The notes under the pieces: model-generated
Told to the model about the DNA's origin: nothing
The model's database searches: none
The model's input: only the letters and a program-made list of their open reading frames with translations
Made by a program: the position numbers and the translations under genes
Part shown: positions 6,932 to 12,503 of the stretch, piece after piece
Position numbering within the stretch: the stretch's first letter is position 1
How the letters are laid out: every line of letters starts with the position of its first letter
NCBI GenBank assembly: GCA_963836185.1
Contig: CAWIIQ010000005.1
Coordinates: forward strand, 1 to 12,503
From: Candidatus Krumholzibacteriia bacterium
Lineage (GTDB): Bacteria > Krumholzibacteriota > Krumholzibacteriia > Krumholzibacteriales > Krumholzibacteriaceae
DNA: 12,503 nt
Direction of reading: 5' to 3'

Positions 6932-7332
6932 CTTTCCTCCAGGCGCTTCTTTACCGTGATGACCAGGGTGCCGTCATCGTAGTCGTATTCCAGGCTGTCC
7001 GCCATCTTTTTTACGAGATGGATGCCGAGCCCGCCCGGCTCGCGTTCCATCAGCGGAGCTTCAGTGTCGACTTCGCCGAGCGAGTTTCCATCGAACGGTC
7101 CGGTCTCGCGGTCGGTAAGGCGGATCGTTATAAGGCCGTCATCGAGTTCTATCTCGACATCGATATTCTCGCTTCCGTTGGCGTGACGCACGAGGTTTGT
7201 GAAGAGCTCTTCGAGCGTCAGGTCGAGGAAGTAAGATTCGGGATCCTCGAGGCCGTTGCAGGTCTCGAACTCTTCCGCGAACGCGAATAGCGCATCGAGC
7301 GATCCTATATCTCTTCTGAACGTTCTCCGCAT
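6928..7332 (-). CDS. Anti-sigma factor serine kinase (RsbW/SpoIIAB-like HATPase)
   Basis: N-box LTLEELFTNLVRHA, TDRETGPFD and G2 box REPGGLGIHLVKKMAD. The start is uncertain (7332 or 7353). The 7455 extension in the ORF track crosses the AT-rich divergent regulatory region. Confidence 0.9.
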   Translation of the reverse strand: MRRTFRRDIGSLDALFAFAEEFETCNGLEDPESYFLDLTLEELFTNLVRHANGSENIDVEIELDDGLITIRLTDRETGPFDGNSLGEVDTEAPLMEREPGGLGIHLVKKMADSLEYDYDDGTLVITVKKRLEER

Positions 7333-7384
7333 GGCTGAAGATGTTAACTGCATTCGTGATCTGATGCAAGCGGACTTCGCTCTT

Positions 7385-7447
7385 ACCTCGTAATACGGTA
7401 ATAAATTATCGTAAAACAATAAAAATTGCTTGAAAAACGGCAACATT
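7385..7447. promoter_or_regulatory. Three tandem operator-like sites at 21-bp spacing in the divergent intergenic region
   Basis: acctcg-taata-cggtaa (7385), ttatcg-taaaa-caataa (7406, near-palindromic) and tgcttg-aaaaa-cggcaa (7427). The third site overlaps a possible TTGAAA -35 box at 7430. Confidence 0.55.
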
Positions 7448-7498
7448 ATGTTCATTCTACCCGTATACGGAACAGGATTCTAAATGAAAGGAGCCGTC

Positions 7499-8131
7499 AT
7501 GACGGTACAGGGATTCAAGCCCTCCGCGGCGACGAAGGTATCGGTGGTAGTAGTCGAGATCCTCTTCTGGCTCGCCGTTCTCGCGATGCTTCTCTCGGTC
7601 GTTCTCGTGATCGCTGTGAACTTCACTCCATTCCATGTGAAGTATACGCGTGCCCCGGTTGAAGTATGCTACATCGCCGGTGGAGGAGGCTGGCTGCAGG
7701 GACAGGACCTTTCGATCACCAGCTCGAAGATCACCGGGTACAGCCGGCTCGTCATGGAGAACGGCGAGAAGGGGTTGCAGAGGATCTTCGTCATAATGCC
7801 GCTGCTCCTCTCGATGCTTTTTCTCGGGATAGTGATGATCCTCAGGAAGATCATCAAGTCTATAAAGAGCGGTACACCCTTTACACGGGTGAACGCCGCG
7901 AGGATAAGGGCGATGGGCTGGCTCGTGATGGCGGCCGGTCCTTTCTGGGGCATTCTCGAGTACATCTACGCGTGGATGTGGCTGCCGAAGATAGGGATCG
8001 AAGGGGCGAAGATCTATATCGAGCCCGACTTCCGTGTATTCTATATATTCGCCGGTCTTGTTATCGTAGTAATCGGGCACGTATTCCAGTACGGCGTGAG
8101 CCTGTGTGAAGACAGCGAACTGACCGTCTGA
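7499..8131 (+). CDS. DUF2975-family multi-pass membrane protein
   Basis: Four hydrophobic segments, the motif LRKIIKSIKSGTPFTRVNAARIRAMGW and the C-terminus IGHVFQYGVSLCEDSELTV, all typical of DUF2975 proteins. It is followed by the usual HTH partner. ATG 7499 has RBS AAAGGAG; 7484 is an alternative start. Confidence 0.88.
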   Translation: MTVQGFKPSAATKVSVVVVEILFWLAVLAMLLSVVLVIAVNFTPFHVKYTRAPVEVCYIAGGGGWLQGQDLSITSSKITGYSRLVMENGEKGLQRIFVIMPLLLSMLFLGIVMILRKIIKSIKSGTPFTRVNAARIRAMGWLVMAAGPFWGILEYIYAWMWLPKIGIEGAKIYIEPDFRVFYIFAGLVIVVIGHVFQYGVSLCEDSELTV

Positions 8132-8142
8132 GGGAGGGTGTC

Positions 8143-8355
8143 ATGGCAATCAACGTTAATCTCGACATGATGCTCGTCAGACGGAAGATGTCCCTTACGG
8201 AACTCTCGTCCGAGGTGGGAGTGACGATCGCGAATCTCTCCGTCCTCAAGACAGGACGGGCCAGGGCCGTCCGGTTCTCGACACTCGAAGCTGTCTGCAG
8301 GGCTCTCGACTGTCAGCCGGGGGATATACTTGAATATATCCCCGATAACGGTTAG
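8143..8355 (+). CDS. Cro/C1-type (XRE, YozG-like) helix-turn-helix transcriptional regulator
   Basis: MAINVNLDMMLVRRKMSLTELSSEVGVTIANLSVLKTGRARAVRFSTLEAVCRALDCQPGDILEY; RBS GGGAGG. Confidence 0.95.
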   Translation: MAINVNLDMMLVRRKMSLTELSSEVGVTIANLSVLKTGRARAVRFSTLEAVCRALDCQPGDILEYIPDNG

Positions 8356-8395
8356 TCTCCTTTCCATGATTTTCTGCATGTGAAAGGAGATACCG

Positions 8396-9130
8396 ATGAG
8401 ATACCTGACGATCCTCGTTCTCGCCGCCTGTATCCTGATGCCCACGACCGCGTGGAGCGGCAAGTACACTCTCGAGCACCAGGCTATTGCAACAGTCGAG
8501 CTGCCCAAGCCTCTCTTGAGCAGTGATTTCTCGATAGAAAAGGTCCTCCATGAGCGCAGGTCGGTAAGGAAATATACCGATGAGCCCGTTACGCTGGAGG
8601 AAGTCTCACAACTTCTCTGGTCCGCCTACGGGATCACCTACACGAAGGAAGGACTTCCCGATTTCATACGCGGCGGGTTCAAGACCGCACCCTCAGCCGG
8701 CGCGCGTTACCCGCTCGAGTTATATCTGGTAGTGGGAAACGTAAAAGGGCTCCTGCCGGGGATATACTGGTACGTACCTGAGGGTCATCTGATCCACAGG
8801 CTCGCCGATGGCGATATCCGAAGCGACCTGATGGCGGCTTGCCTTAGCCAGCCGTTCGCCGGTGAAGCTCCTGTATCGATCGTCTGGTCCGCCGTCTACG
8901 AGAGATGCACGGAGAAGTACGGGGAGCGCGGGCATGACAGATACGTCTGTATGGACCTCGGTCACTCGGCGCAGAACGTCTATCTGCAGTGCGGCTCCCT
9001 CGGGCTCGGCACCTGCGCGATCGGCGCCTTCTCCGACGATGCCCTCAAGAAGGTGATCGGGATGACAGAAGAGGAAGTGCCTCTCTACGTGATGCCTGTC
9101 GGCAGGCTCCCCAGGGAGCACAAGAAGTAA
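8396..9130 (+). CDS. SagB/ThcOx-family FMN-dependent dehydrogenase (nitroreductase fold) with predicted N-terminal signal peptide
   Basis: FMN-binding motifs ERRSVRKY, TAPSAGARYPLELY, DLGHSAQNVYL and LGLGTCAIGAF; RBS AAAGGAG; N-terminus MRYLTILVLAACILMPTTAWS. Confidence 0.9.
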   Translation: MRYLTILVLAACILMPTTAWSGKYTLEHQAIATVELPKPLLSSDFSIEKVLHERRSVRKYTDEPVTLEEVSQLLWSAYGITYTKEGLPDFIRGGFKTAPSAGARYPLELYLVVGNVKGLLPGIYWYVPEGHLIHRLADGDIRSDLMAACLSQPFAGEAPVSIVWSAVYERCTEKYGERGHDRYVCMDLGHSAQNVYLQCGSLGLGTCAIGAFSDDALKKVIGMTEEEVPLYVMPVGRLPREHKK

Positions 9131-10299
9131 TGATAATACTCGACAGGCCGTATGTATCCGATTTTCTCGCCGAAACACTTCAGCGCCTCCGGACGCCGGT
9201 GCTGCGAAACGCAGTCTCTGAAAAGGTTGCCGAGGAATACGACCTCGCTCTCCTCGACGGGGAGGAGTTTGCCGCGAGGGCCAACGCCGAGAAGTATCCC
9301 CGGATCTATACCAGCTCGGAGGACGCGATCGGTTGGATCGCCGAAAACCTCAGGCCGTCCGGACTTCCCTACAGGATCGATCGGCTGAAGAACAAAATCG
9401 ATTTCCGCGCGATGATCGAGGAGGACCATCCGGAGTTCTTCTACGCCGGTATAGATGTCGATGCGCTCAGGCATCTTGACCCCTCAGAGCTCCCCAAGCC
9501 GTTCGTCGTAAAACCGGCGGTCGGATTCTTCAGCGTGGCGGTCCGGAAGATAGAATCTGACGAGGACTGGCCCGCCGCCCTCAAGTCGATCGAGGATGAT
9601 CTGGAGAGTTTTAGCGGGATGTACCCCGGACAGGTATTCGATCCGGGGCAGTTTATCATCGAGGAAGGGATAAAGGGTGAGGAGTTCGCAGTAGACGTCT
9701 ATTACGATGAAACAGGCAGGCCGGTGATTCTCAACGTCCTTCATCATCTCTTCTCATCGGGGACGGATGTCAGCGATACGACATATATCACCTCGAAAAA
9801 TATAGTTGAGTACGGCATCCGGATGTTCACAGGGCCCCTTGCGAGGATCGGGAAGCAGGCCGACCTTAAGAACTTTCCCCTTCATATCGAGCTGAGAGTG
9901 GACGGCTGCGACATCGTTCCGATAGAGGCCAATCCGATGAGGTTCGCCGGATTCGGCGGAACCGATTTCGGCTGGTACGCATGGGGCATCAACACGCATG
10001 AGTATTTTCTCGAGAGAAAGATGCCCGACTGGAATTCGATCTTCGCCGGGAAAGAAGACAGGGTCTATTCGATGTATGTTGCCTTCATCCCCGAGGGTGT
10101 TCCTGTCGAAGATGTAGAGGAAATAGATTACGAAGGCTTCGCGGCCAACTTCGATAAGGTGATCGAGCTCCGGAAGACAGACTGGCGCACTTACCGTGTC
10201 TTTGCATTTGCTTTCACGGAGACTGGCCCCGGAACCGTGGCAGAGATCGAGCGGAACCTGCAACTCGACCTGTCGCAGTATGTACTTCTCAAGGACTGA
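9130..10299 (+). CDS. ATP-grasp domain protein (carboxylate-amine ligase-like), substrate unknown
   Basis: LKNKIDFR, PFVVKPAVGFFSVAV, FIIEEGIKGEEFAVD, HIELRV and PIEANPMRFAG. The start at ATG 9130 is coupled to the upstream stop (TAATG); the 8989 extension in the ORF track overlaps the previous gene. Confidence 0.9.
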   Translation: MIILDRPYVSDFLAETLQRLRTPVLRNAVSEKVAEEYDLALLDGEEFAARANAEKYPRIYTSSEDAIGWIAENLRPSGLPYRIDRLKNKIDFRAMIEEDHPEFFYAGIDVDALRHLDPSELPKPFVVKPAVGFFSVAVRKIESDEDWPAALKSIEDDLESFSGMYPGQVFDPGQFIIEEGIKGEEFAVDVYYDETGRPVILNVLHHLFSSGTDVSDTTYITSKNIVEYGIRMFTGPLARIGKQADLKNFPLHIELRVDGCDIVPIEANPMRFAGFGGTDFGWYAWGINTHEYFLERKMPDWNSIFAGKEDRVYSMYVAFIPEGVPVEDVEEIDYEGFAANFDKVIELRKTDWRTYRVFAFAFTETGPGTVAEIERNLQLDLSQYVLLKD

Positions 10300-10304
10300 G
10301 ACAG

Positions 10305-11129
10305 ATGGCTCTGCGCCGCAAGACGATAATTGCGCTGATCCTCCCGTTACTGCTGCTTGCGGTCCTGTCCGCGCTCGCGCTTCGTATTCCCCGCCTTCGA
10401 ACCGCTCTGAGGATAGTCGATGGATTCGAACCGCTCGAAAGTTACGAACTGGTCTATTATGAGCAGGGATCGGAAGAGTACGCCAGGCGTATAGCAGAGA
10501 CGCTGCCGGGTGCGATCGAGCGTATAGAGTCCCTGCAGGGCCGCCCTTTCCCGTCCCTGCCAAGGATCTACATCTGCGCGACTCATGAAAGATTAGCTGA
10601 ACAAATAGGCGAGTCACCGGAAACGGCCGTTCGCGGCATCGCGTTCAAGCGTGATATCTGGCTCTCACCCCTGATCTTCTCGTTTTTCGGAAAGGATACT
10701 CACGCCCAGTCCCTGCTGCATGAACTGTCCCATACTCATATCAGCCAGCACCTGAGCTGGTTCCATCGCGTCAGGAAGATCCCTGCCTGGTTCAACGAGG
10801 GACTGGCGGATTGGGTCTCAGGTACGGGAGAGGATCGGATCTCGCGGAGTGAAGGGATCGCCGCAATCAGGGCGGGGAGAGCCCTGGCGCCTGATGATAC
10901 GGGGCAGTTTCCCAGGCCGAAGGAGCCGGCGGACTACGGCCTCTCGTGGCCTATGCTTCATGTCCAGTCTTTGATGTTCGTAGAATATCTAGCGGAGCGG
11001 GACAGAGAGGCGTTCGACGGCTTTCTCGGTGATTTGCTGGACGGGGAGGACTTCGGTCCTTCGTTTGTCCGGCAGTTCGGTGCGGGCCCCGGTGTAATCT
11101 GGGAAGAATTCACGGGCACGCTGGAGTAG
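10305..11129 (+). CDS. Membrane-anchored zinc metallopeptidase (peptidase MA-like gluzincin)
   Basis: N-terminal hydrophobic anchor; LLHELSH (HExxH) followed by PAWFNEGLADW; SLMFVEYL helix. Confidence 0.85.
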   Translation: MALRRKTIIALILPLLLLAVLSALALRIPRLRTALRIVDGFEPLESYELVYYEQGSEEYARRIAETLPGAIERIESLQGRPFPSLPRIYICATHERLAEQIGESPETAVRGIAFKRDIWLSPLIFSFFGKDTHAQSLLHELSHTHISQHLSWFHRVRKIPAWFNEGLADWVSGTGEDRISRSEGIAAIRAGRALAPDDTGQFPRPKEPADYGLSWPMLHVQSLMFVEYLAERDREAFDGFLGDLLDGEDFGPSFVRQFGAGPGVIWEEFTGTLE

Positions 11130-11205
11130 CGGCTTGCTTGCAGGATCATTTCGGAATATTGTAAGCTTCGTCTGAAATCATGGTATCCGATCAAGGAGGA
11201 ACTTC

Positions 11206-12445
11206 GTGTTCAGGAAAATAACAATTTTTATCTTCGTTGCTCTATCTCTGGTTATATCAGGATGTGGGGGAGGCGGAGGTGACGGCACGACAGAGATCGT
11301 GATATGGGAACAGAAGGACCCTGTCGAACAGGACGTCCTCAACAGGCAGCTCGATGCCTACATGGCGAGCCATCCCGGTGTCAACGTCTCTACGGTACAC
11401 TTCGAGACCGACCTTCTCCACAGCCAGTTCCAGACTGCCACTCTCGCGGGAGGCGGCCCCGACCTCGTGTACGGGCCGAGCGACAAGATCGGTCCTTACT
11501 CAGTGATGCAGCTGATCATGCCTCTCGAGAAGATATTCGACGCGGCCTTCTTCGGCGCGTATGAGAAGTCGTCGCTCGGCTGTCCTCGAAGGGCACAATT
11601 ACGCGGTGCCCGACCAGATCGGCAACCACCTGATGCTGATATACAACAAGGCGATGGTAAAGTCGGTCCCGAAGGATACCGATGAGTGGATAGAGATCTG
11701 CAAGGACCTCACCGTCGACGAAAATGGAGACGGGATGCCGGAGATATACGGCGTCGTTTTCAACTCTGTCGAGCCTTTCTGGCTCGTTCCCTTCCTCGGC
11801 GGATTCGGTGGATGGGTGATGGATAAAAATTTCGCACCGACTCTCGACACGCCGGAGATGGCAAAGGCGCTCGCCTTCATGGCCGACCTTCGCAACAAGC
11901 ACAAGATTCTCCCGAAGGAATGCAATTACGAGCTGAGCGACACGATGTTCAAGAAGGGCCAGGCGGCATTTATCATAAACGGTCCCTGGTCGCTCAAGGC
12001 TTACATCGAGGCGGGGATGGATATAGGTGTAATGGCGATCCCGATGATAACGGAGACGGGGAATTACCCGGCACCGATGGTATCGAGCAAGGGATACTCG
12101 ATAAGCGTCAATGTCAAGGACGAGAAACTCCCTGCTGTAAAGGAACTCCTCGTCTATCTCACCGGAGAAGCGGTCCAGAGGGAGATCACCTCTGAACTGA
12201 AGATCCTTCCCGCCCTCTCCAGCCTCGCCACCGACGAAGTCCTTCTTTCCGACCCGGTGCTGAAAGGTTCGATGGAGCAGGCGCTGCACGGACAGCCGAT
12301 GCCGGTCGTGCCCGAGATGCGGGCGATCTGGGACGCGATGCGACCCTATTACCAGTCCGTGATGGGAGGGAAGCTCGACCCGACCGAGGCGGCCAGGGAC
12401 ATGCAGGAGCAGGCCGTCAGGAAGATCGCCGAGATGAGGGGATAG
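11206..12445 (+). CDS. Sugar (maltose/maltodextrin-type) ABC transporter substrate-binding lipoprotein, frameshifted at ~11575-11582 (sequence error or pseudogene)
   Basis: GTG start with RBS AAGGAGG; lipobox LVISGC; GGGPDLV in the first ORF; GHNYAVP, LIYNKAMV, FKKGQAAFIINGPWS and PMPVVPEMRAIW in the second ORF. The span of 1240 nt is not a multiple of 3. Confidence 0.85.
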
Positions 12446-12447
12446 GC

Positions 12448-12503
12448 TCAGTCAGAAGTGCGGGGGAAGACCTTCTCTATCAGCCCGTGCACATCCTCGA
12501 GTA
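12448..12503 (-). CDS. Possible 3' end of a convergent gene (partial)
   Basis: A minus frame reads ...LEDVHGLIEKVFPRTSD* with TGA at 12448-12450, right next to the stop of the binding-protein gene. It is too short to identify. Confidence 0.35.
   Translation of the reverse strand, partial: LEDVHGLIEKVFPRTSD

Noticed and set aside
3116-10299. Repeat protein as a graspetide or azole RiPP precursor modified by the ATP-grasp or SagB-like enzymes
   Set aside because: The enzymes are in a separate divergent operon, no YcaO is present, the ATP-grasp does not look RimK/MvdD-like to me, and the repeat protein has an export or TM N-terminus and lacks TxxTxxxE-type cores.
11138-11167. Possible sigma-70 promoter TTGCAG-N18-TAAGCT upstream of the binding-protein gene
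   Set aside because: Plausible but too degenerate to support from sequence alone.
7457-12289. Minus-strand ORFs opposite the plus-strand operon (7457-8080, 8041-8508, 9754-10617, 11516-12289 and others)
   Set aside because: They are antisense shadows of well-supported plus-strand genes and show no motifs.

Overview
Bacterial genomic window (moderately GC-rich, likely a diderm given a predicted outer-membrane barrel) with two divergent gene blocks. The minus-strand block (7332 to 1) runs: RsbW-like HATPase and STAS pair; ECF sigma factor; membrane anti-sigma; a membrane-anchored or secreted Met-rich protein of about 654 aa made almost entirely of K/R-phased hexapeptide repeats, split by a 1-nt frameshift; and a gene of at least 1001 codons missing from the ORF track. 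That last gene encodes a signal peptide, an HExxH zinc metallopeptidase, a TolB/PD40-like propeller and a C-terminal outer-membrane beta-barrel. A matching ECF-type promoter (CCAACTTT-N12/13-CTGTATTTA) precedes both the sigma gene and the repeat gene, which ties them into one candidate envelope system. The plus-strand block (7499 to 12445) has a DUF2975-like membrane protein, a Cro/C1 HTH regulator with three operator-like repeats at 21-bp spacing, a SagB/ThcOx-type nitroreductase, an ATP-grasp protein, an HExxH peptidase and a frameshifted sugar ABC substrate-binding lipoprotein. Family assignments come from motif recognition only; no searches were run.
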